The position numbers and the translations under genes are program-made. A stretch of DNA of 64,000 bases from Laetmonice hystrix. Lineage: Eukaryota. A model generated the notes under the pieces. That model saw only the letters and a program-made list of their open reading frames with translations. It did no database searches and had not been told where the DNA came from. Each line of letters begins with the position of its first letter. Position 1 is the first letter of the stretch. The stretch is from NCBI GenBank assembly GCA_965235115.1, contig OZ249437.1:34038001-34102000 (forward strand), written 5' to 3'. Positions 1 through 11,700 of the stretch are shown here, piece after piece.

Positions 1-3000
1 AGACCAAGCCAGTGCCAAGGATATAATGTGACGGCATTTTATCGAGTAGAGGACGGCACGAACTCTATCATCTGGCCGTCTGCCATGGTTACATGGGGCA
101 GTGACGTCTCACCAGTCAAACCACCTGTTAAATAGACATATCACGAGTGGTCAGCGGTTATTTCAATTACACACAAACTAAGGCCAGAGCAAATAATTTA
201 ATAATGAAAGTCAGGCCAGGCTTCATGACTTCGTCGTGAAAGGATTACACATCTGAGTATAAGGGCATTTGTTGTAAACGTCTTCTCGCAGTTAGAGACT
301 GGTGTGTAGCATTCTTCTTTCACGTTCCAATAATATTGATGTAGTAAGTAAATAATACAATCAGATATTAAATATAGGAAGATTTATACTTTAATTAGAG
401 GCGGAATGAGTTCTTTCGTCCCGACTTTTGCTTTTGGTAACTTCGGTCGTAGATAATCATCTTCCGATGCATTTACATTCGACTTGAGGTCATTAAAGGT
501 CAGACTAAAGACGCACGGTTCCGATGTATTGCAGTTCTATAAAATTGGCGATAAGCTAACTATGGAAAGTAAAGGGTTCTTGCAATGAAACCATTGAGCC
601 ATAATATAAAAATCACAATTTACCAAGGATAATCGGCTTGTCAGGATATCCACACAAGATTGGTATTCTCCTTTATGAACGGGATACATGACATTAAAAC
701 AAACATACATTCGATCTTTAGGCTGCGGAGTAAGGGATAAGAAAGAGCAATCAAAAAGCCAGGAATGATCTCTTTCTCAATATCCTGAGCATGGCAACTG
801 TGGTACCGCTATAGAAGCGGAAGTCTTAATTCGCTCCTCGTTTTTCAAGTTGGGAAACGACATATTTGATCGAAAACATACACAACCAATAATATCCCCC
901 TAAACTGCATCATATAATTATGAAGGTACGCATGAATTTAACTATAGTAAGTGTACTATGTAGTACTATGTACTTTGTATACTATATAGTTGGATTGAAC
1001 ATCTATTGTTGCCCTGGCTGCAGGACACGGCAGTATCATGATCAGTACTTAAGATTGAAATCAGATGCTCTCAGGAAATCAATAATCAGGACCGTTCATC
1101 TTATCATCTTGTGAGGAAAATTTATCATACCGACCAACATTATGACTGCGTCCGATAATGCAGCAAGACACGTCAAGTTATGTTCTTCCTCATAGTGACA
1201 TCTAATATGTTCTGGTAATATATATAGTACCATTACTTATGTAAAGATATCATGTATGAAAGTATATACAGGAACAAATGCATAGATTCTATACCTGTGG
1301 TGCATGGTCTACGCTGTTCCGATCACCCTGGTTTGTGTGCATATATACATAAATGAATGTATTATAGGCCTACATGTAGCCTATATATGAAGTTATAATA
1401 TCTATAAATTGATTTTGGGGGAAATATAAATCGTTTTATTTTTAAGACACTGCAGCAATGGATGAGATGAATCGATAACTGTCAGGAATTATTTCTGACG
1501 GAGGGGGGGGGGCATATTAATTCATACAACTCATATTATCTTCTCTATCTTCTCCTGAGTGGGGTACGGATAAGCAGATGTGGCTTTTTTGACCCTCAAG
1601 CCCATCTCTTGCATTTGGTGACTTCATTCTGTCGTAAGTTATGACACCTTTTATCTTTTAGAAGTAAGATTAGTGCATGTGTTGGTAGTCTCCTCAAGAG
1701 ATTACTTCAGAAGTCCAATATTTCTGCGGATTAATGTATATGGTCGATGGGGGCAATATTATTCCCTTGACCTATATAGCAGCGCAAGATCATCTGTCAA
1801 GAAGGAGGAATAGTAAATGATAACCATTGAATCGATCAGCAGCAAGGTCATGTCACTTGGCCAGCCAAAAGTGTAATATTAAAATTAACGAATAGCTACA
1901 GCTATTATGTTTCATTTTGTTCTCTTCGGTCAAGGTATCAAATATATATAATAACTTTTGTATACTTTAAAGTATACACTATGGCAGATTGTGTTCTCTT
2001 TCGGAAACGGAAAGATTGATAATATTTAAATTGCACGGGTATTTTTGTGTAATTCGGGGGGGGGGGGGGGTAGTCCTGCATAGGGGTGGGGTGGATTTAG
2101 GCGGGCAGACCATTTTTCCATGGGTACGTTATAACTTCTTTATTAACTTCACTTTCACATTCAGTCAGTGCCCCCTCACACAATAGGAAAATGGATCTAT
2201 ACATACCCCTTAATTATAGCCGTCGCGTGCGGAAGTACACTTCAGTGATATGCCGGCTTAAGTGTGACGAAGTTATATAGGCCTACGTTGCCAACAGTTC
2301 GAAAGACCGTAAGCACTCCTACTATAGAAAAAGCAACTTTGGTGACTCTCAGTGGCAATATTTAAGGCATCTTGTTGCTCTAAGGTTTGCGAGCCACCAA
2401 ACTGTTTTGTCGCCGTTGTCTCGGTTTAGCATTGGTATTTTTACCTCGGTCGAACACCTCGGACTTTGGCCCGAAGTCCTACAGGAGCGCTCAATGACCG
2501 AAGAGACGCCTCAGGTATAAAACGCCAACGCTATCGTCTCCGACATGGCACTTTCGGCCCATAAATAATTAGGGCCGGAACGCATGCGTAATCTAACAGG
2601 GCCTCCAGCGACAGGCATTATCCTATACGTCACGAGTAGTAAGCCTTATAGGCCTGCTATGACCACGCACTCTATACTATCCCTTTAGCAACATCATGCA
2701 CTGACTAATAGGGGCCTACAAGACCTGTGCTACATATATGATTTTAAGCCAACTCTTTCCCTTACACTACAATTGTAAATGTTAACTTCGGTCGGAAACT
2801 GGGCATAGAAAAGCTTTCGACGTGTTCTGTTTACTTGTCACCTGGTAAACACTGGGGACGGTCGTCTCTGCGCATGGCCACAACTCGTCACACACAACGA
2901 CCCCGTTCGAAGCCCGACCTCCAGTGCTGTTTGACGTGGAAACGCCAGCTAACTAGAACCATATACCGGCAAAAAAAAGAATGTGAAATTAAAACAAATG

Positions 3001-6000
3001 GTCACGAGTTGCAGCACAGACCGCTGTCAACTTGTCGCCACAGCGCGTGTCAGTCAAGCCGCCAGACTTTGGTCCCTGACAACAACTTTGAAGTAGCTCC
3101 AGACGCGGACGCCACTAGAAACCTTCTTTTGCGGGTCTGAAGAAGTCTCATTGCCTTCTCTGGGGTCTTACACTTGTTATAGAGAACACTTCATTAAGAA
3201 AATTGCCCCCCTATACGTTAATGTTGAAAGCGGTATACAAATAACTATGCAGAAGTCCTTCACTCATGAACTTGACAGACAGGCATTCCAACACGTAAAA
3301 AGTAGCGCGGGAGTAGGCTTAGGCCCTACTATATGTTCTCGCAGAGGTATAGCTTATACTCATCGGATAGAAAATTGTTCTGATACATTAAGACAATCAT
3401 TACAAGTCTCAAAATCTTTCTAAAGTGTTTGAATTCGAGGGAGCTCTCCGCAGTAAGAGACTATAGGAACAATATTGCAATCAGATAATTAATTTTGCCA
3501 ATCTGAAAGATTTGACAGGATTCCTATAGGCCTATATGCTTTATTTATCTGGTGGAAAGATTGAAGGTCCCTAGAAGCCACATGTGAGACTCACTGGTGT
3601 AAAAGTGTGGATTACATAATGCATAAAAAATCATTGCCATCTTGTTCAAGGGGATTCTCGAAATCTGAATGAATATTTAAGATGTGCGGTGGAGCAGAAT
3701 CATGACGAGAGATCATGCGCCACATATAGACAAAGCTATACATTATTAGTAGCATAAATACAGGAGGGCAACACGTCCTATATGTGTGCATGCTCCTGCG
3801 CACTAAGGGTGCATTACCTTTGTGCACAAGTCCATTTCTAAATTTTTATTTCTGCTGTCACATTATTGCACAGCTTTACGAAAAGGCGGCCACGCTCATC
3901 AGGATAACACAAAACTTTAAGAAGCATGCATCATATTACATGGCCTAGCACTTCAAATCTCCATCACCTATTCTATTGGGTAATTTAGTTTTGCCTTGTG
4001 TACTTAAACGAACCTAGTATTTAAGCTGACACTGGAACGAGCTAACGTCACAGACATTCCAATGTGGAGAATGATTCATTGACTGCTTAGCAATGCGATT
4101 TTTCAAAATTACGTTTTTCATGTATTTTTTGGCTGCGTTTGTTTTCTAAACGCATTAGCTCGTCTGGTCCTGAACGTATGTTGTAACGATCGAGTCGCCA
4201 AGGCCGAGTGGGGAGCACGTGCCTTGCTCGCGCCGCAGTTTCAAGTCGCACTTTAAACTCGTTTCTTTGTGCACAATCGGTCAAGAATTCGGTTGTCGCC
4301 GCGTGCCAACACTTAGCAAGTGGCTGTTTCCTATAATGAAGCGGAGTGGCGTAATTTCCTTACTGGGGCTGGTAATCCTTCGCGGCTAACCACATCACGA
4401 GATTCAAGGCTAGTCACTGTATAAAGCTGACTGTAAACTAACTTGAAGGAGACATTAAATTCAACCACTTATAGGATTTGGTAGTATACGTGACATCCGC
4501 AACAAGAGTTATGAGTGCCACACGCGTCGGATTATATGGTTTAGTTTGATAGGTTTTAAATAACACACTTTCCAACTAAAGGCATATCACCTATTCGTCT
4601 AGACGTCGCGTGGCATACAGTTACTTATCCTAACAGAGGCCAGACCCTTGCTCGTGACAGACGTAATCTACGACCCTTGCGTGGCGAATTTGACTGTGTT
4701 AACATAACCTGTCCTGTGTCCATCACCTCAATAGTGAATTATCTTTGTAAAGTGTCAGAACACGAAACTTAAGAAATGACTTGATTATGTTTGCAATGGA
4801 TTATTGACAGGCGTTGAATAGTGAGAATACGTTGAAGGTGTAATAGATGCAGCCTGATATATTTTAAAGGGCGTAAGGAAACTTATTATGGATGTCGTCA
4901 TTGGAACCTTATTCTGATATCCTCAGTTGGCAGAAGTGACTATCAATGTAGGCCTATAATCTTATACACACAACCGACCGTTCTCCTAGTTTCACGCCAG
5001 TATTATATTTGACATAGGTCTGCCAAATCCCATGCATGCTTGGTCAAGAGTCTGGTCGGTTTATGTTCGAACTGGACCGGATCGGGTAAGCCATACAGCC
5101 TACTGTAGGCCTAACCGCTTTTATATTGGGATATCGAACCTAGCCCATATTATGAATCATAATATTCTTATCGGTTTTATTGTTGCGAGTAAAGACATTC
5201 AGGGGGGATCTTTTCTTCATCTCTTTATATCAATTATATTAGCGGATGAAACTATACTTCCTTTTAATTGGCAGGGGTCGCAGGCCTGTGAGTGTGGAGC
5301 CATGAAACCAGCCTCCACTGCCTGCCCTCCCACCTCGCTCCGATTCTAGTCTTTCAGCTATACACAAGGTGGCGTTAAATCTTCAAGTAGAAACAAGGGG
5401 CGTACGTGTAGCGAAACACGTGCCGCCAACGACTGTATCGCCTAAGCAATTGGCTCACTTTTCATTAATCATCAGGAACAATTTCATGTTACCCGAAATG
5501 TCCAAATTCCTATGTGTTTGTCCGTACGTGGGGTGTCGATTGCCATCGGTATCGACATACGAACCTCGGAATGTTAATGACCTTGATGATGGAGCCCGAC
5601 GTTGTCTGCCCAGAGGATTATGGCGGGCGCGTGATCACGTGATTAATCGAGCGGCGACCAGGAAAGAGCGAGAACAAGCCTAGAATCATTAATATACATT
5701 TTCCTGGTGTGGCGGCTTTCAGACAGACATCTGTTCTTATACAAAACTCAAGGTGGAATAACCATTATAATCTACAAATGTATAAGCACTGTGTTGGCTA
5801 TCGAAATTCTCTTTGAAGATGTCGGTACTATAAAGAATCTATAGGCCTAAAAGTTTACAATCTGGCATCAGGAGATCTGCATTAGACCCGATAACTTACC
5901 CTTGTTTTGCATAGGAGGAAAGGCAATTAGGAGCATAGTACGTTGCAATGCAGTAGACCACCTCTCTACAAGTTGCACCCCTATAGTTTAAATGCCATAT

Positions 6001-6149
6001 ATTACTATAATCGAAAGGGGCTAAAACTACATGCACACGTGTTAGTTCTCAGAACGGAGAAAAAGTGCAGGCCTGTTTATACATGTCTTTACCCATGTGG
6101 TAGCGAGGTAAAAGCTACCAACCATAAATCTTCATGTGCAGTTTTTGAA

Positions 6150-6211
6150 ACCTGTTCCCCCCAAAGGTGCAGAGGGTAACACCTGTTCCCCCAAAGGTGC
6201 AAAGGGTAACA
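6150..6211. repeat. 31-bp tandem duplication (acctgttccccccaaaggtgcaragggtaac x2)
   Basis: Two adjacent copies, 1 mismatch. Confidence 0.9.
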
Positions 6212-6379
6212 TTCATGAACGCTGATTCATTCTGTGCTTGTATAAAGTCACATACGACCCCATCATCTGGGGGAAATATGGACATTAACAGTCGCCATTA
6301 AACAGTGAGTGGCAAAGTAGGGAGTTCAGGGATGATGGGGGGTCATTGGATGACTATTACTACTACGACTACTAGTATA

Positions 6380-6380
6380 C

Positions 6381-6423
<43 letters not shown>
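6380..6423. repeat. (TAG)n microsatellite
   Basis: About 14 consecutive TAG units. Confidence 0.95.
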
Positions 6424-6568
6424 CTACGCCTACTACTAGTAGGCCTACCAGTAGGCTATTATATAGTATAGGCCTATACTATAACTGGCTGCCTTACAGA
6501 CACGGATCCAGGATTTTTTAAGGGGGGAACACAGACTTTTTAAGGGCATTCATTAAAACTAATCTTGA

Positions 6569-6742
6569 AATAACAATGTTATTTGAACCATATTATAACT
6601 ATGTTATTTGAACCATAATAACAATGTTATTTGAACCATAATAACAATGTTATTTGAACCATGTTATTTGAACCATAATAACAATGTTATTTGAACCATA
6701 ATAACAATGTTATTTGAACCATAATAACAATTTATTTGAAAC
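6569..6742. repeat. 23-bp minisatellite (ataataacaatgttatttgaacc), about 7 copies
   Basis: Direct reading, one truncated unit. Confidence 0.9.
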
Positions 6743-8102
6743 AAAAGAACATCATTTATTCAAGCAGCTAAATAATGTAACAAGGTCACATTTTTAAATT
6801 GAAAAAAAAAACTATGCTCCGTCAACTGAAGGGGGAGCGTGCCCCCTGTATCCGTGCCTTTATTTGGGGCCTATCGCAGTGGCGGATCCAGCAGGGGGTT
6901 AGGGGGCTTACAGGGCCGTGCCCAGGGGGGGGGGTGTCTGTAACCCCCCTGGGTGCCAAAGATTTGTTTATTTTTAGGGTTCTTTTAGGTCCTAACACTT
7001 GGGTCTGTCCACTGTAACCCCCCTCCCCTGCACCAGTATTGGCAGTAACCCCACCTGCACCAATCTCTGGGCACGGCCCTGGCTTAAACACCCGAGGCAG
7101 TCATTTTTTTCTATATTGAACTTTCTGAATTGACCATGCTAAACCCGCTCAAGCAAATTCTTCCCCATAACCCCCTAAACCCCCTTACCAAAATACTGGA
7201 TCCCCCTGTATCGGGTTTCTAGACTTAGCCCCTCTCAAATGTTTATCATTTTAAATTAATCGGTAGTCCTACTATGTCTCACGCGCCGAATGGAGCGGAA
7301 TCTAAGCTTACCATGCACTGACGTAGCCTACTTTATGGAACGTTTCATCCAAAGCCAACTACATGTACTATAGGCCTACAATTTGCTTTTATAACACACA
7401 CAAAAAACTCAAATCTATAACTTTTAGGCAGGGGACTTGTAGGCCTAGATGACGTTATCTGAGAAGCGAATTGCAGACATATTTATGGTGAAAGGCCACG
7501 TAGTAAATTCTCGATATATCATCAGGTAGGCGTAGCCATCGCATGATTTTTTTTTTTTTTTTTTTTTTTTTGGGGGGGGGGGGGGGCTGGGAGCCTCCCT
7601 TATCCCAAGGTAACCTGCAGTAGGCTATCTGAAACAGATAGATCTAAGTGCTGCGTTTTACCGTGCGGTTTTATCACTTATTGCATTTCACCTTATAGTG
7701 GTGTAGCATTTTTCTAAAAGATGCACTTAGGCCTGCAGAGATCTATAGGACCTTTGTGCTTGATTTGAAAACGCCTCGATTCAGGACTAGGCCTAGCTAT
7801 GTCTTCAGATTCAGACTACAAAATGGTGGACTTGGTGGTAATAACAAGCTCAACCTAAAAAATCATGCTCCTCCGAGAAAATTAAAAAAGGAGATAAAAA
7901 ATGCAATCTCATGAAGATTTCCTTTGGTTAAAATAATGCACTTTTTTACACTCTTGTGTACAGTCTTCCCCGGAAAAAGACAAATTAATTTGGAAGGCAA
8001 AAAAAAACAAAAAAAATATAAAAAACCGCTATTTCACAGCATCTGCTGGATATCAATTTTCTGATGTCAAGAGATCAAAAGCCTGCTGAGCCACTTTTGA
8101 TG

Positions 8103-8192
8103 GGTCACAAAATCTGGCAAGGTCCAAAAGGTCCCACTTTTCCGAAACTTTAGACTGGACTTTCGGTCCAAAAAATGATATTGGAAAAGATG
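8103..8192 (+). repeat. Dispersed repeat, second copy at about 50752-50838
   Basis: Both loci share caaaatctggcaaggtccaaaaggtcc.actttt.c.aa.ttt...tggactt.ggtcc. Confidence 0.75.
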
Positions 8193-8761
8193 CCAATATT
8201 CATGCAGTTTTGGTTCTAAATCTTATATTAGGGCTACATGGCTTTCCTATAATGCCTAGGCCTAATTTGTTGATAACCTTCAGTACCGGTAGGATAGGCC
8301 TACCCCAGATTAATTATTGTGTAGGCCTACACTGCTTTAGTGCAGCCCGCGGCCCCACTTTATGTAGGCCTATAGGCCCTGTGCCAGAGATCTTGACATT
8401 CTACCAAAGATTGCTTCTACTACCACCATCTCTGCCTAGAGTGCACACAGATCTCTGCAATCTCTGCAAATAGGGCTAATGTCACATTTTGCCGCTAGGA
8501 AGAGTTTTCGCTATAGGTAACCGATAGGGGGAGCCATGATCGATATTTTGGCTGATACTCTCGTAGTGCAGCTTTTGGTTTTGAAAACTGTTGTTTCAGA
8601 ATTAAAGAATATTATGCAAGAAAAGGGCATTTGCGATATCCCGCATGTTCAATACATAAACATATAATTATATTTCGCTCCGTAATTTTAAGTATGAAAC
8701 GCCATAATACTTGTATGTATATGTATCAAGCGATTAGAGAGTATATCGTCAAAACCAAAAC

Positions 8762-8771
8762 AAAAATGGCG
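8762..8771 (+). promoter_or_regulatory. YY1-type motif AAAATGGCGG overlapping the BSDC1 start codon
   Basis: Sequence caaaaATGGCGG matches the YY1 consensus commonly found at starts of housekeeping genes; binding not shown. Confidence 0.45.
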
Positions 8772-8779
8772 GAAGAAGG
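8766..8779 (+). CDS. BSDC1: BSDC1 coding exon 1 (MAEEG)
   Basis: AAAATGGCG start context, donor GG|gtgagt, phase 2 matches next exon. Confidence 0.8.
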
Positions 8780-11700
8780 GTGAGTAAAACTTCTGACATC
8801 CGAATTTCTTTCTGAAAATCCATCGCTTGGCTTCTCGTAAATCATACCCATTCTAAAATTACAACATATGTGATATTTCAGAACAAGTTCGGAGAGTTGG
8901 TGGGGTGGTTGGCTTCAGACAGCCAAGGAAAAGGTGAGCCATATTCACTGTGTAGCACAACAAAAACAAACAACACCGCACTGTCACTAGTCAACACCCA
9001 CACAGTAACACACAGTCAGTAGTCAGTAGAGTAGAGATTGACAGTTGAAGTGTGCCAGTCTCAGACTACTGCCTGGTAGTGGTACTGACCTGGATTCTGT
9101 ATGTTTGACTGTGCAGTCTTGGTCGACTACCAGTATCTGGCTCTTTGCCTAGTATTAACGCATTTGACTTGGTGGTGTGGATGGTACGTGCCCATCATGC
9201 CATGCTCCATGCCCAGGCCATGCCCATGGTCACAAACTCATGGCCTGGGGATGGCCATGGGTACCTAAAGTCCTTTGCAGCAAGTTAGGGACTGTCTCGG
9301 GTAGCTCATTTGATCCCCAACAAATTCAGGGTTACCATTCTTAAATTTCAATAAAAGCTTCTAACATTATAAAATAGTGTATGATCATAATAATAACCCA
9401 GTTCAAAAGTTTTATCATGCAAGATTTTATTATATTAGAAAGAAAACACGATGACAACCCGGACTTTTAGTCAAACACGTGGCCCGTCTCATGGCCGCCG
9501 ACGTCACAGCAGAGTCAGACTTCGCAGTGCTTGCAGCAGACTGCTTGTACAAAAACAAGAAATCTGCTATGATTCAAATTTACAGAGAAGCTTTACATTA
9601 ATTACAATCATCTCAGCCAAAGGGCCAGAAAGTTTGAGTTAAATCGCACGCTTCCTTATTGAGAAAACATCAAGTTTACAAGTGACTTTTTGTGACAAGT
9701 TTTGACAGCCGTGACCCGGATGATAAACATGATGAGGTCGACATCCTGGCAGTTAACATTATGCCAAACAGGAAGCTCTTGCAAGGTCAAAATATCCCAA
9801 CATTAGAAAACAATAATACAGTGGAAAACAGAAAAAGATTCCCTTTAAAAAGACATAAAATATTATGTTGTAAAAAATTTGGACCTTAACTTATCATTGA
9901 AAATTAGCAATGACGTTGTTCTTCTGTGACGTCTGACAATGCATCTGTGACGTTTTGACCTATAAACGTACAAAAACGGCAAATTTCGATCTCGCAGTGT
10001 GCTGCTGCTACAACTGGCAAAGTTGAAGCTATAAAGATGACTGTAGTACCATTCGATCGGGAATTTAATTTTGAAACCAGCATGCAAGTTAGGATGTGTC
10101 AAGTTGAATACGATGACCGCAGCGACACATTTACTGGTGCAGAGTCAAGGAAAATGGAAAATTTCGGCAAGTTTTTGTAGCTCTTCACACACTTCTAGCT
10201 TGTAGGATTTAAAGATTAGACAGATGCCATGTTGTGAATTACGTAGATCTAAGTCTAAGGGCTAGAATGGTGTTTATTTGAATACTGTAGACCCAATAGT
10301 TGCTGAGATATTAGCACCGGCACAAAAAATGTCAGGGCAACATGATGTTTCAGTCCCATACTTGGTGACACCCGCTATACCACACCACCAAGTCAAACGC
10401 GTCAATAGCCAATGGTAGTCAACCGAGACTGCACAGTCAAAGATACATTCCACTAAGCCCGAAAGACGTCTTTGAAATGGTCGCTGAGCCCAAAGTCAAA
10501 GAGGTCTCTGCAGCGACAGGTGTTCCACTAACCTCCTATTCTTTAACATTGGCCCTGCAAAGACGTCTTTCCAAAGACGTCTTTGCTAAAGACGTCTTTC
10601 ATTGGTGGAACGGACCCCAGGGCTGAAATAAACAGATTGGGCCCCGTGAGGGGGTCGGGGGGGGGGGGGGGGTCAATGCCCGACGTTGGTGCCGCTGTCG
10701 CAGTCTCAGATCTCCGGGAGGTTAACTGCATCGCCGTGTGTTCTAGACTAACTATCCGAAATATCAGGTCTCCGTTGAGTCACATGTAATAACTCTACTC
10801 TCCTCTCCTCTGCGATATTTGGTTTACAATTTGCCTATCGAGACTGTCGTTTATTCTTGTTTGGAAGAAAAGTCCACCGCCCATCGGGTAGCAAACGACT
10901 GGAGGTGTGAGCCCAAAGAGCGACTCGTGCGTGCTCACTTAGTCAGATTCAGCATCTAAACAATAGGAAACCATCTGAAACAATAGGAAACCATGCCCCC
11001 GGAGTTCTGAGACCAACGGAGATCTGAGTGCGAGACACTGGTGGGGGTGCCAATAGCAAGGCAAGTTAGGGGTATCGGAAGCTATAAAGTATTGATAGCG
11101 AGCGGAGCGAGCCGCGAAGCGGCTCGCGGAGCGAACTCTATACCCAAGGAGAACTGCATACCGTGCATCGATCGGATATGGAAATCTGTGGAGGTTTTGG
11201 TGGTATTATGCAGCCGGCCAAATCGGAGCAATCTAAATGGCTTAAATTGCACTGCATCGAAATTCAAATTTCCCAAACGCATGGGAATCTACAAACCGCT
11301 TCCTTATCTGCCACTTCTATAAACAGATTCCAAACATTTAGTGACTTTTCCATTTGATTCTACCTACTATTCACGTCAAATCGCCTGTCGGAAACGTAAC
11401 AGCCAATCGCCCACGTTTACGGCCGCTTGACCGAAGTGAAAATGGTGGAAAACGTAGTCTGCTAGACTGGATTTAGAACCCGATCTGTTGATTTCTACTG
11501 TGACGTCACAATATCAACACATGCTTATTCCAAAGTCTACTGTGATGTGACAATATTACCATGGTCGTCATAAGACGACAATGGGCGTTGCTAAGTGACC
11601 TGTTACTCCCGGCGCTGACGTTTTCTCTACTTCTTTGGCCTGACTTGGCCTGACACCCGGGCCGGCGTATCATTATCAAATTCAATGACTATATGGCTAT

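Noticed and set aside
1-135. Open frame RPSQCQGYNVTAFYRVEDGTNSIIWPSAMVTW...VK* at the window edge, possibly a terminal exon
   Set aside because: Only 44 codons, no visible acceptor, no recognisable family
7547-7586. T25-G15 homopolymer junction (similar T14-G12 at 22101-22126)
   Set aside because: Homopolymer G/T runs recur in small repeat elements throughout the window and lengths are error-prone; no specific function supportable
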